Shown one piece after another: positions 9,835-19,135 of a DNA stretch of 64,000 nt (position 1 is its first letter; the number at the start of each line of letters is the position of its first letter). The notes beneath the pieces are model-generated. The model searched no databases. It saw only the letters and a program-made list of their open reading frames with translations, and was not told the origin of the DNA. The stretch is from Gemmatimonadota bacterium (lineage in GTDB: Bacteria > Latescibacterota > UBA2968 > UBA8231), in NCBI GenBank assembly GCA_018660835.1, contig JABJJN010000054.1:36877-100876 (forward strand), given 5' to 3'. The translations under genes were made by a program, and so were the position numbers.

Positions 9835-11094
9835 ATGGATACACGTACTCGTTGGTTGCAGGTCCTGGTCCTGGCCGGCCTTGGTTTGACGGCTTGTGGC
9901 GACGATGGCGATGATGCGCCTGTGTCGCCGACAGGGCCTGGGACGGGCTCGGGTGACATAGCACCGACGGAGGTTAGCGATGTGTCCGCCCCCGCGTCGC
10001 CGGCGGATCCCGAGACGGATCCGGAACTCCCGGCCTTGCCAGGGGCGTTCGGTGTGCCGATCGGCACCCAACCCGGCTTCGTCGGCGCCCCCTTCACGGC
10101 GAGCGACTTTCCGACGAAGGAGATGCTCCCAATCACCCCGCGCGATGCGATCCCGGCGATCACGGACCCGCCCATGTCGACGTCGCCGCCGCCGTTTCTG
10201 CTGGAGGATGATCTCGTCTTCGGTGTCGTCATCAACGGCGAGGCTCGTGCCTATCCGCACAATATTGGTTGGCGGCATGAGATCGTGAATGACGTCGTCG
10301 GCGGACACCCGGTCTGTGTCACCTTCTGTCCACTCACCGGCACGGGCCTGGTCTTCGACGGGGAGCGTGCCGATGGCAGCCGCCTGTCTCTCGGCGTGTC
10401 CGGGCTCCTGTATAACACGAACCTGGTGATGTACGATCGTGGTGATTTGCAAACCTTGTATCCGCAGATCTACGCGTCCGGCGTGAACGGGGAGGTCGGC
10501 CAGACCCTGGACCTTCTACCCGTCGTAGAGACGACGTGGTCCACGTGGAAACGTCTTTATCCGCAGACCTTGGTCCAGTCCGATGGCCCGTTCAACGTCA
10601 GCGCCTACCAGAATTACCCGTACGGCGACTACCGGACGCGCAACTTCTTCTTCCTCTTCCCCATCCGTCCGACCCTGGCGGCCAACGGCAACCCCTACTC
10701 CATTTCCTATGGGGCCAAGGTGCGGGTCCTTGGCCTGCGGATCGATTCGCAGACCCTCGCCTTCCCGTTCTCCGAGATGGGTGAGCGCGCCGCGATCAAC
10801 GAGACGGTGGGTGGCTTCGATGTCCTCGTCGCCTATGATGCGGACAGCCACCTGGCCATCCCGTATTCACGCCAGGTAGACGGCCGTACCCTGACCTTCG
10901 ATCTGGCCGACGCCGAGGATCTGTTCCCCTTCGGCCTGCGCGATCGGGAGACGGGTACCCTGTGGGACGTCAAGGGGCAAGGGATCAATGGAGAACTGGC
11001 CGGTCAGAGCCTGCGCCAGATCCCCGCGCACAGCTCGATGTGGTTCGCCTGGGTTACTTTCTGGCCCGATACGGACGTGTGGGCGCCGAACTGA
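9835..11094 (+). CDS. DUF3179-family lipoprotein
   Basis: ATG 9835 lies 10 nt after GGAGG. Signal and lipobox present (LAGLGLTAC). The core VVINGEARAYPHNIGWRHEIVNDVVGGHPVCVTFCPLTGTGLVF matches my memory of the DUF3179 signature. Confidence 0.75.
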   Translation: MDTRTRWLQVLVLAGLGLTACGDDGDDAPVSPTGPGTGSGDIAPTEVSDVSAPASPADPETDPELPALPGAFGVPIGTQPGFVGAPFTASDFPTKEMLPITPRDAIPAITDPPMSTSPPPFLLEDDLVFGVVINGEARAYPHNIGWRHEIVNDVVGGHPVCVTFCPLTGTGLVFDGERADGSRLSLGVSGLLYNTNLVMYDRGDLQTLYPQIYASGVNGEVGQTLDLLPVVETTWSTWKRLYPQTLVQSDGPFNVSAYQNYPYGDYRTRNFFFLFPIRPTLAANGNPYSISYGAKVRVLGLRIDSQTLAFPFSEMGERAAINETVGGFDVLVAYDADSHLAIPYSRQVDGRTLTFDLADAEDLFPFGLRDRETGTLWDVKGQGINGELAGQSLRQIPAHSSMWFAWVTFWPDTDVWAPN

Positions 11095-11347
11095 GCGGTA
11101 CCCCGTGGTTCCCTAGCGCATCAGGACGAGTCCCGCACTCAGGACCGCATCTCGATCGGTAAATGTCTGCCGCAGGCTCATCGGGGTTGAGGGAGCCGAC
11201 GTGCGTAGGGTCGCCGGGACAGGTGAACAGGGTCAAGCGACACGCTGGCGCCGCCCACCCTTGCCCGCGCCAGCCCCCCATTCGACTATATGCGGGACCG
11301 CCCAAGCTCCTTCCTAGAGACGAAGCCCCTTCGCCGGGAGGCATCCC

Positions 11348-13189
11348 ATGAGCGCCAGAACGATCCGATCTCGCCGCAGGTCCCGCGTTGCTCGCCGCTG
11401 GGCCCGCACCGCCACAGCCCTGCTTCTCGTGCTGGCCGCCGTCTCGGCGAGCCACGCCTGGCTGAGCTTCACCAGCAAACCGTGGCTGGGCAAGGAGCCC
11501 GTATTCGCCGCCAATGGCATCGTCTCCACTATGCACCCCATGGCCTCCGAGGCGGGGCTGGAGATCCTGCGGCAAGGCGGCAATGCCTTCGACGCCGGTA
11601 TCGCCGCCGCTCTCGCCCTGTCGGCGGTGGAGCCATGGATGGGTGGCCCCGGGGGAAGTGCCTACTGTCTCGTGTACGATGCCGAGAGCGGGGAGGTTTG
11701 GGCAATGGACGCCTCCAGCCTCGCCCCTGCGGCGGCGAAGCCCGAGGACTTCACGCGCGAGGCTTTGTCAGAAGGGCACCGGGCCATGGGCATCCCGGGC
11801 GCCATGGCGGGGTATGGTGCCGTGCTCGAGCGCTTCGGTTCTATGTCCTTCGGTGAAGTGGTGCAGCCCGCCCTGCACTACCTGGAAGAGGGCTCGGTCC
11901 TTACCCAGTTTGGGGCGACGATCACTGGCTGGCTGTGCGGCCACTGTCCCGAAGCCTTCCCCAACTTCGGCCGCGTCTTCGCTCCCAATGGCAAGATGCC
12001 CGGAGTGGGTGACATCATGAAGAATCCGGAGTTGGCGGCGACCTACCGACGTCTGGCGGCTGCGGGCGTCGATGACTTCTACAAGGGATCTGTGGCAGAC
12101 GAGATGGTCACCTACATGCGCGAGCAGGGGGGGATCTGGTCGAAGAGCGACCTGGCCGACTACGAGGTGAAGTGGCGCCGTCCCTTGCAGGCCACTTACG
12201 GCGAGTTGGAGGTCTACGGGTCGCCACCATCCGCCTCGTCTCTCACGTGGATGCAGATCCTCACCATTCTCGAGGAGTACGACCTGCAGGCCATGGGCCA
12301 CAACAGTGCCGCCTACGTCCACCACTTTCTTGAGGCGCAGAAGCTGGCCCACGCCGACGGCTACCAATACGTCGCCGATCCTGATTTCGTGCCGTCACCG
12401 ACCGAACTGCTGCTATCCGAGGTCTACGCTTCGGTGCAGCGCCGCCGCATTGATGCGGGTCGGGCAGCGGCGGGGAGAGTGCGCTACGGAAGCCCCACGT
12501 CCTGGACCCGCGATCCGGGTGGGGCCGAACTGCCCGCGCCTGTGCCCGCCGGACCCGCTGCCGAACCCCGCACCGGGTCGGGAGAGCCACTGGAGGGCTC
12601 GACATCCCACATCATCGTTGCTGATGCAGCAGGTAACTGCTTCACCTTCACTCACTCCCTGGGGAATATCTACGGCGGCCACGACGTGCTGGGCACGACG
12701 GGCGTCCTCGGTAGCAACATCATGGACTGGTTCGACGTCGACAACAACGTGTGGAGTGGTGAAGCGAGCAGCCTTGTATTGGCGCCGGGCAAGCGCAACC
12801 GCTTCACCCTGAGTCCGGGCATCATCATGGCCGAGGGCAAGCCCTACATCCTTATCGGCGGTTCCGCCGCCGAGACCACCATGCCAGGGATCGCCCAGGT
12901 GTTACTGAACATGGTGGAGTTTGGCCTTGATCCGCAGGCGGCCATCGAGTCACCGCGCGTCGTCTACGGCGATGTCCTGCATTGGACCGGGGGCACCGGT
13001 GTCCATCTCGAGCCAGAAATCGCCGCCACCATCGGCGACTCCCTGGGGGCCCTGGGTCATGATGTTGAACCCAATGGGGGGCGACGTCCGATCACCGGCC
13101 ACGTGAATGCCGTGATGATCGATCCCACCACGGGCCACATGGTGGGCGGCGCCGAGGTCCGGGCCGATGGACACGTGGCCGGGTTCTGA
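11348..13189 (+). CDS. ggt: Gamma-glutamyltransferase
   Basis: Arg-rich N-terminal signal. GGT motifs are present: MHPMASEAGLEILRQGGNAFDA, GGPGGSAYCLVYD, and the autoprocessing/catalytic Thr context GSTSHIIVADAAGNCFTFTHSLG. Confidence 0.9.
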   Translation: MSARTIRSRRRSRVARRWARTATALLLVLAAVSASHAWLSFTSKPWLGKEPVFAANGIVSTMHPMASEAGLEILRQGGNAFDAGIAAALALSAVEPWMGGPGGSAYCLVYDAESGEVWAMDASSLAPAAAKPEDFTREALSEGHRAMGIPGAMAGYGAVLERFGSMSFGEVVQPALHYLEEGSVLTQFGATITGWLCGHCPEAFPNFGRVFAPNGKMPGVGDIMKNPELAATYRRLAAAGVDDFYKGSVADEMVTYMREQGGIWSKSDLADYEVKWRRPLQATYGELEVYGSPPSASSLTWMQILTILEEYDLQAMGHNSAAYVHHFLEAQKLAHADGYQYVADPDFVPSPTELLLSEVYASVQRRRIDAGRAAAGRVRYGSPTSWTRDPGGAELPAPVPAGPAAEPRTGSGEPLEGSTSHIIVADAAGNCFTFTHSLGNIYGGHDVLGTTGVLGSNIMDWFDVDNNVWSGEASSLVLAPGKRNRFTLSPGIIMAEGKPYILIGGSAAETTMPGIAQVLLNMVEFGLDPQAAIESPRVVYGDVLHWTGGTGVHLEPEIAATIGDSLGALGHDVEPNGGRRPITGHVNAVMIDPTTGHMVGGAEVRADGHVAGF

Positions 13190-13194
13190 CAAGC

Positions 13195-13584
13195 ATGCCA
13201 TCTCTACTGGATGACCTCAACGACGTCCGCGAGCTGATCCAACTCTACATCGAAGGTTCTAACGGAGATGTGGGCAAGTTGGAGGCAGCATTTCACGCCG
13301 AGGCGCGGATGTTTGGGCGTCTTGGCGACAATCCAACCAGCAGTGGGCCCATTGGCGACTTCATTGAATGGATTGGGCAGACGCCTGGGAATGCTGGGCC
13401 GAACTACCGCGCCGACATCCGAGAGATTGATATCTCTGGAGATGCCGGTGTCGCCATCCTCGTTGAGACTGACTATCTCGGTCATGATTTTGTCGATTAC
13501 TTCTCCGTCGCCAGGATCGATGGCGAGTGGAAGATCACGAACAAGACCTATGCGGATATGGGTGTGACTCAGCCCGCAGCTTAG
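13195..13584 (+). CDS. NTF2-like (lumazine-binding-type SnoaL-like) small protein
   Basis: 129 aa. LIQLYIEGSNGDVGKLEAAFHAEARMFG ... DYFSVARIDGEWKITNKTY has the pattern of NTF2-fold lumazine-binding-like proteins. Confidence 0.55.
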   Translation: MPSLLDDLNDVRELIQLYIEGSNGDVGKLEAAFHAEARMFGRLGDNPTSSGPIGDFIEWIGQTPGNAGPNYRADIREIDISGDAGVAILVETDYLGHDFVDYFSVARIDGEWKITNKTYADMGVTQPAA

Positions 13585-13597
13585 CGGTCGAGGGTTC

Positions 13598-14005
13598 ATG
13601 GCTGACGAAATCCACCAGCAAATGAGAGAAGACAACTCAACAAGGTTGAGGGTCGTCATTTCTGCCTTGGCGATGCTCTACGCAATGACTTTTCTGGGCG
13701 GTTTTCTGCAGGACACGCAATACAATTTCCTCAATTACATCTTCTTCTCCTTTCTATTCATCGGAGGGGGCGGTTTGGTGAGTGTGAGCGTCAAAGCAAC
13801 GCAAACCAGAGCGACAAAAGGATTCCTGTTTCTGACGGGAATCTCCACAACACTGCTGTTCATCTTCGCCATCGGTTACGAGTGGTTCAGGCTTAAGGGT
13901 CAACACGAAATAGAAGCTTCCATAGAAGGCCTCCTCTATCTGCTAACTTTGTTTTTTTGGGTTGGAGTAATTGGAAGCCTGGTCTTGATCAGGAGACGAC
14001 CGTGA
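13598..14005 (+). CDS. Hypothetical 4-TM membrane protein
   Basis: 135 aa with four clear hydrophobic helices. AT-richer than the flanks. No family recognised. Confidence 0.5.
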   Translation: MADEIHQQMREDNSTRLRVVISALAMLYAMTFLGGFLQDTQYNFLNYIFFSFLFIGGGGLVSVSVKATQTRATKGFLFLTGISTTLLFIFAIGYEWFRLKGQHEIEASIEGLLYLLTLFFWVGVIGSLVLIRRRP

Positions 14006-14070
14006 CTATTCGTCAGGGTTCACAGCACAGCCCTCTATCTCAGAGAAACCACTTCGTCGTAAGGGGGGGC

Positions 14071-14652
14071 ATGCACTGTTGGAGATACGTTGTTTCGCTT
14101 TCTTCGTTCGCAATGATGGCCGCCTGTGCCGGCAACCTGAGTAGATCCGAGCCTGCCAACAATGATCTGGCAGCGGAATCTGCGCCGCTTCCCAATCAAG
14201 CGGAGATCAACACGCGGGCACACTTCAATGGCACGTATCGCGGCGAGGGGGAGGTCTTCAACGACTTCGAGACGAAATCGTTCACTCGGTCCTTCGTCGT
14301 TTTCGTCGACACAGCTGATGCTCAAGCAGTCGTAATCACAGGAAGCAGTCTGGGTCCAGCCCCATCAGGAGCATTCGTTCTCATGAATGTTCCGATAACA
14401 GGTCAATCGATCAGCGGCACCACAGACCTACGGCACGCTCGTTTCGTTTACGAGCTGAAGATGGACGCCCACGCGATATCGAAACGATCAAGGACTTCAG
14501 ACGAGAAGCGGAGTTCGGTCCCTACCTACCTGCCGCCTCCTATCAGTTTCGTGTCCTGGCGCAGTCCGGAAGATGACCCGACTTGCTGCAGCACTATTCG
14601 TTTTGATTGGTGCGGGGGGGGTGGGCAGGATGAGAAGGTCGTTGAGTATTAG
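14071..14652 (+). CDS. Hypothetical lipoprotein
   Basis: ATG 14071 directly follows AAGGGGGGG. Signal and lipobox-like sequence present (SSFAMMAAC). The 3' end is uncertain because a G8 run (14614-14621) sits in the overlap with the next ORF. Confidence 0.4.
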   Translation: MHCWRYVVSLSSFAMMAACAGNLSRSEPANNDLAAESAPLPNQAEINTRAHFNGTYRGEGEVFNDFETKSFTRSFVVFVDTADAQAVVITGSSLGPAPSGAFVLMNVPITGQSISGTTDLRHARFVYELKMDAHAISKRSRTSDEKRSSVPTYLPPPISFVSWRSPEDDPTCCSTIRFDWCGGGGQDEKVVEY

Positions 14653-14779
14653 TGAAGGGCCCTACAGGGATGGGAAGAAGGACAAGAGATTTGTCTGGTA
14701 TGATGAAGGCGGGAACATAAGCGACGAGGTCTTTTGGGAAGACGGTGTATGTGTTGATGGATGTGTGGGACAAAGCTGA
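14573..14779 (+). CDS. Small membrane-anchored protein with MORN-like motif (uncertain)
   Basis: 68 aa. N-terminal TM segment (LAAALFVLIGAGGVG), then GPYRDGKKDKRFVWYDEGGNISDEVFWEDG, which resembles a MORN/YwqK-type repeat. It overlaps the previous ORF by 80 nt, so it could instead be that ORF's frameshifted C-terminus. Confidence 0.3.
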   Translation: MTRLAAALFVLIGAGGVGRMRRSLSISEGPYRDGKKDKRFVWYDEGGNISDEVFWEDGVCVDGCVGQS

Positions 14780-14916
14780 ATCTGAATGCAGCTACCATGC
14801 TCGCTGCAGTGATGATCGGCGAATCACTGCTTGTTTCGAAGGAGCCAGCCCATCGAAGGCTTGCTGAACGACAGGTCGTTACATCATCATGCGGCGTCAT
14901 GCCGCAGGAGGTCGCA

Positions 14917-15615
14917 ATGGAGAGCTTGTTCCCAAACCTTTACCGATTTACGGGAGCGTCTGCACGCAATGAGACGCTATTTACGTACCTCATCGTGCGA
15001 GAGGGTGGTAACCTGCTTCTTCCATGCCAGGATGGTCCCGTGCGTGAGCACTTCGATGACATCGAGGAATTGGGTGGGGTGGCTACCCAGTTTGTCACAC
15101 ACAACCACGACGTAGATGGCGCTCTGGTGGAAGCCGTCCACGATCGATTCGGCGCTGAGCTCTGCTATCACAGCGCCGAACAGGATGCGATCGCGGAGAA
15201 GACAAAGTGCCAGTCAGTGGTTTTCGGTGACGAAGGGCTACGCGTCGGCTCGGACTTCCAGGCGATCTACTTTCCCAGTTGTTGTGCCGGCTCCAGTCTC
15301 TACCACTGGCAGCATGGCGGAAAGCACTTCCTGTTTACGAGCCATGTGATCAACCTTGTAGAAGGCGAGTGGCAGAATGGCCTCGATCTCTGGCAATACA
15401 GGAACTTGCGCGAATGGAGTGACAGCGAGACGCCTCCAGATCCAAGGCCTCAGTTGGCCAAGATCGCAGAATTGTCTCTCGACTACACCATGCCGAACGT
15501 GTCTGTCGATGACCAAGAAGAGTACCATCAGTTCAGCGATGACACGCGTACGTCATTCTTCCTGGCTCTGGATGCACAAGTAGCGGCAGAGGCAAAGCAC
15601 GTGCTGAACGAATAA
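14917..15615 (+). CDS. MBL-fold-like protein with non-canonical H-x-H-D motif (paralog A)
   Basis: ATG 14917 follows AGGAGG. NLYRFTG...YLIVREGGNLLLP...FVTHNHDVDG resembles the metallo-beta-lactamase N-terminal layout but lacks HxHxDH. It is clearly paralogous to 31222-31854. Confidence 0.55.
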   Translation: MESLFPNLYRFTGASARNETLFTYLIVREGGNLLLPCQDGPVREHFDDIEELGGVATQFVTHNHDVDGALVEAVHDRFGAELCYHSAEQDAIAEKTKCQSVVFGDEGLRVGSDFQAIYFPSCCAGSSLYHWQHGGKHFLFTSHVINLVEGEWQNGLDLWQYRNLREWSDSETPPDPRPQLAKIAELSLDYTMPNVSVDDQEEYHQFSDDTRTSFFLALDAQVAAEAKHVLNE

Positions 15616-15705
15616 GACAACGAGGGAAACAATGATAGGACGACACGGCGGGCTGGGAGCCGGACAGGACCCATCATGCCTCGTGGGTGAGCATCCGACG
15701 GCAAC

Positions 15706-16254
15706 GTGGGCGGAAATCAAGACGTTGGCCAAGTGACGTACGGAATCCTCAGCATCGTCATCGGCATCGTTGTCCTCGTCGTCACATGTTGGATCGTCGA
15801 TCGACTGGACCAACGAGAGCCTGGTGAGAAACGCGTAGCATGGCGGCCCTGGTATCGGACGGCCGTAGCCTGCGGCTACTATGCGACAATGGGACTGGTT
15901 ACGTCATTCGGGAGAGATCGCTTCGCCGTCCAGCTTGTTCAACCAGGCAACTTTGGGCTGCTCATCGAGTTTGCAGCAATGGTCGGATTCCCCGTGCTGA
16001 TCGCACTCCAGCTCTTGACTCGCAGCTCGATCAGAGTGCAGGTCGTCGAGATCTTCGCCGTTTGCCTGTCGTTCCCTGTCGGAGCGGAACTGGCACGTAG
16101 ACTGGATCTGACCACAGTAGATGTCCAGAGGCTTGGCCTGGTGGAATTCAGCCTCATCTTCGGCCTTTGGTTCGGCATGCTTACGACGATTGCGGCCCTG
16201 TGCACGCTGGGGACTCGGGCAGTGCTCAGGCTGCTTGGGTTTCCCGATAGGTAA
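15706..16254 (+). CDS. Hypothetical membrane protein
   Basis: 182 aa with five or six hydrophobic helices. GTG start. No family recognised. Confidence 0.45.
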   Translation: MGGNQDVGQVTYGILSIVIGIVVLVVTCWIVDRLDQREPGEKRVAWRPWYRTAVACGYYATMGLVTSFGRDRFAVQLVQPGNFGLLIEFAAMVGFPVLIALQLLTRSSIRVQVVEIFAVCLSFPVGAELARRLDLTTVDVQRLGLVEFSLIFGLWFGMLTTIAALCTLGTRAVLRLLGFPDR

Positions 16255-16258
16255 TTTT

Positions 16259-16687
16259 ATGAGACTTGATGCGGGTTCTATGGACAGTATGAGCTCAGTG
16301 GATCGAGATACGTTTCTCGTCGAAGCTGTGCGGCATCAGATCGCGTTCATGCGCCAGAACGTGCCGTTCTGGCGAGAGCGGTTTCGATCGGCCGATATCG
16401 GCGGCGCTTGCGTGATATCATCGCCTGACGGCGACAGCGTGAGTGGCTAAGGCATGCGAGACGAAATCACAGAAGTCCATCTCGATCAGTTGCGGGCAAT
16501 TGCCGCGAGTCGATTCTACGTGCCACAGCCCTCTGTCCGTGGAACGTTCTCCAACTGGCTTGGTGTTCGCCTTGATACGCCGGACGCGAACGGCGTAGAC
16601 TGGCTGGAGGTCCGCGGCCTACTTGAGGAGGCCTTCCGCCACACAGCGCAGAAGTATCTGATCGCGGAGTTTGAGCGCAGCAACTGA
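16259..16687 (+). pseudogene. MmcQ/YjbR-like small protein interrupted by an in-frame TAA (tentative)
   Basis: ORFs 16259-16450 and 16454-16687 are in the same frame, separated only by TAA 16448-16450 and one codon. The second half (FSNWLGVRLDTPDANGVDWLEVRGLLEEAFRHTAQKY) resembles the C-terminal YjbR-family pattern. Confidence 0.35.
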
Positions 16688-16715
16688 GTGGATGCTCTAG
16701 CAGAAAAGAGTCTAC

Positions 16716-17285
16716 TTGAATTCGAACGGTCTACAACTCAGCTCTGACTCTACCTACGTCTTTGGATATGGCTCCCTGATGAATCCGGAGCACCCCAGAG
16801 GTTTGAGTAAAACCATCGCGGGTCACAATCTGAGCTATGAGCATCTGCTGGTTGCCGAGTTGCAGGGCTTTCGTCGGCGCTGGTCCGCTCTATCGGCAGG
16901 GGGGCCGGGAAGTGCAACGACCTACAGGGCTCACTGGAATCTGGAGAAGCGTGAGGCAGCCAAGGTCACTGGCGTCTTGGTTCTCGTGTCTGAAGAAGAG
17001 TTGCTCGCCCTTGATATGCGAGAGAGAAACTACGACCGCGTAGAAGTAACCGACGACGTTACGATTCTGGGAGATGGCAGGAATGGGCCGCAAAATGTGC
17101 CGGTTTATACATACGTCTCATTTCCCCCAATCTCTGAGGTCGAATACGCCATAGCAACCGGTATTGATGCGGAGTACGAACGCGTCGTATTGGAGGCTGC
17201 ATCTCGGATCGGACACGGTCTGGAAGCGCAGATTCACTCGGCGACGGTGGAGACCAGAGGATGGCCACGGTTATCCCCGGCTTAG
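16716..17285 (+). CDS. Gamma-glutamylcyclotransferase-like (AIG2/GGACT fold) protein
   Basis: The N-terminal YVFGYGSLMNPEHP signature is typical of GGCT/ChaC/AIG2-like proteins. TTG start in the ORF track. Confidence 0.65.
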   Translation: MNSNGLQLSSDSTYVFGYGSLMNPEHPRGLSKTIAGHNLSYEHLLVAELQGFRRRWSALSAGGPGSATTYRAHWNLEKREAAKVTGVLVLVSEEELLALDMRERNYDRVEVTDDVTILGDGRNGPQNVPVYTYVSFPPISEVEYAIATGIDAEYERVVLEAASRIGHGLEAQIHSATVETRGWPRLSPA

Positions 17286-17297
17286 TCAGCCAAGGCG

Positions 17298-18230
17298 TTG
17301 GTAGTTGGGAAAGGAACAGAGTCGATGAGTAGCATCAGGGACCGGAACGATGCCGACTTCGCAGCGTTGCACGGATTATACGAGCAACTCGTGACAAATC
17401 ACGTACCACATTGCTGGCCCGTCGACGCACAGCGATTTGGTGAAGCTTTACGCAACCCACCGAGCGTCGCTCGTGATGGATGGAATCTCACCGAACATTC
17501 TGTGCTTGTTGCCGACGACGCTCGGGGTTTCATCCACGTGGGGCTGCTGACACCACCCAAGGTTGGTGACTCCCCGTTGGGGATGATCCTGTTCCTCGGA
17601 TATCCGCGCACCCAGCGTTCGCTGGGCAGTGAGTTGCTTGTTGCGGGGGAGGAGTGGATTCTGGATCACGGCGTCAGGCATGTAGCTACCGTGGCTCCGC
17701 GCTGTCGTTATCCCTTTTATGGTTTCCCGCACTGTCATCTGTCTGATCACCTCGATCACATTCAAGCTCTGCTGCAGGCTCACAGCTACAGTAACTGCGG
17801 TGGGGAGATCTTCCTGGACTGGCTTGAGATGCAGCCCACGCCAAAGCCGCCGCCACCCGAGATCGAGTGTGACATATCTGTAGAGGAGGTCGTGAGCCAC
17901 TGTCACTTGCCAGGTCTGAAGGTGCAGGCTCATCTGGATGGCAAACCAATCGCCACATGCCTCTTGATCAATGGCGGTGAGGGGGCTCGTTGTCCGGAGG
18001 CCGAAGCCTTTGCATTCTGCGATTGGATTGGGGTCCAGGAACCCTGGCAGGGGAAGGGACTGGGACGCCATCTACTTTGGCGGGCTCTAACCGAGGCACG
18101 CAATGTGGGCTACCGCCACGCAGCCATTTCGACGAGCACCGATAACCATCGGGCGTTTACGTTTTACAGCCACTACGGATTCCATGCTGTTGACCGGACG
18201 TATCAGTTCGAGCGCCATCTTGACCAATGA
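17298..18230 (+). CDS. GNAT-family N-acetyltransferase (long form)
   Basis: The C-terminal acetyl-CoA motif WIGVQEPWQGKGLGRHLLWRALTEARNVGYRHAAIST...AFTFYSHYGFHAV is present. The start may be ATG at 17325. The 3' end overlaps the next gene by 4 nt. Confidence 0.75.
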   Translation: MVVGKGTESMSSIRDRNDADFAALHGLYEQLVTNHVPHCWPVDAQRFGEALRNPPSVARDGWNLTEHSVLVADDARGFIHVGLLTPPKVGDSPLGMILFLGYPRTQRSLGSELLVAGEEWILDHGVRHVATVAPRCRYPFYGFPHCHLSDHLDHIQALLQAHSYSNCGGEIFLDWLEMQPTPKPPPPEIECDISVEEVVSHCHLPGLKVQAHLDGKPIATCLLINGGEGARCPEAEAFAFCDWIGVQEPWQGKGLGRHLLWRALTEARNVGYRHAAISTSTDNHRAFTFYSHYGFHAVDRTYQFERHLDQ

Positions 18231-18970
18231 GTGTTGACGAAGATGTCCTGGATGCAATGCGGGAATGCCTGGGGCCTGAGTTTGTGGCGCTGTATCTAGT
18301 CGGCAGCCACGATACGCCGAGGCAGATACCGGGAAGCGACATTGATTTCGTTCTCGTGACCAGAGGAGAACTCGAAGGCGCGGAGTTGCGTAGACTCTTA
18401 CATGTCCGAGACGGGTTACGTGAGACCCTCGACCCTGAGATTGACATCCTGCCCAGGAGCCTTGGTCGCCTTGTCAGCAGAGGGCTCGGACTCAAGAGAG
18501 AGGGGCGTCTCGTTGGCGGCCAGGACATACGAGACCAGATCAGGCTGCCGCCAAAGCATGAGCGAGATGAGTGGCTTACCTCTGTGGCCATGAACTTTGT
18601 GAGTGAGTTGCATCGAGCCGACGTGGTCCGTGCTGACAGTCTCACGTATCCGGATTCAGACGACTACTACTTTGGCTATCCTGACTACGAGTCGCCCAAA
18701 GCACTCTCCCGTCTCATGAGCCTGAGCTTCCTTGCGACGGCCTGGTTGTCCAAGTGCCACAATGTCACCGTGACCGACAAGCACACACTCCCTGACCTGT
18801 ACGAAAGTCACATCGGAGCGGAGCGTGTTCCTTTCCTTAGAGGGCTCTTCGAAATAATTCGAGGCGAGCTGGGGTATCAACTCCCTGATGGTCAGGCGCA
18901 AAGGGAGCGAGCAAGAGGCGTGTGTCGGTCAGCGCTGGAATTTGAGAGGCAGATGATGGAGAAGCTATAG
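18227..18970 (+). CDS. Nucleotidyltransferase (AadA/ANT(3'')-like architecture)
   Basis: The pol-beta NTase motif LYLVGSHDTPRQIPGSDIDFVLV is followed by a helical C-terminal half, as in aminoglycoside nucleotidyltransferases. The substrate is unknown. Confidence 0.65.
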   Translation: MSVDEDVLDAMRECLGPEFVALYLVGSHDTPRQIPGSDIDFVLVTRGELEGAELRRLLHVRDGLRETLDPEIDILPRSLGRLVSRGLGLKREGRLVGGQDIRDQIRLPPKHERDEWLTSVAMNFVSELHRADVVRADSLTYPDSDDYYFGYPDYESPKALSRLMSLSFLATAWLSKCHNVTVTDKHTLPDLYESHIGAERVPFLRGLFEIIRGELGYQLPDGQAQRERARGVCRSALEFERQMMEKL

Positions 18971-19135
18971 CCGCTCCATTTTTGTGCTGCCAGATTGTCC
19001 CAAAACAGATCAGAGAATCCGCCATGCAGGTGGTGAGGGATGTGGCCACGAATATGGCGCGGGCCTCGAAGTCAGTTATTTTCGATCGTCAGATCGACTC
19101 GCCTTGCAACTGCGTCACGATAGAATCGGGAAATC

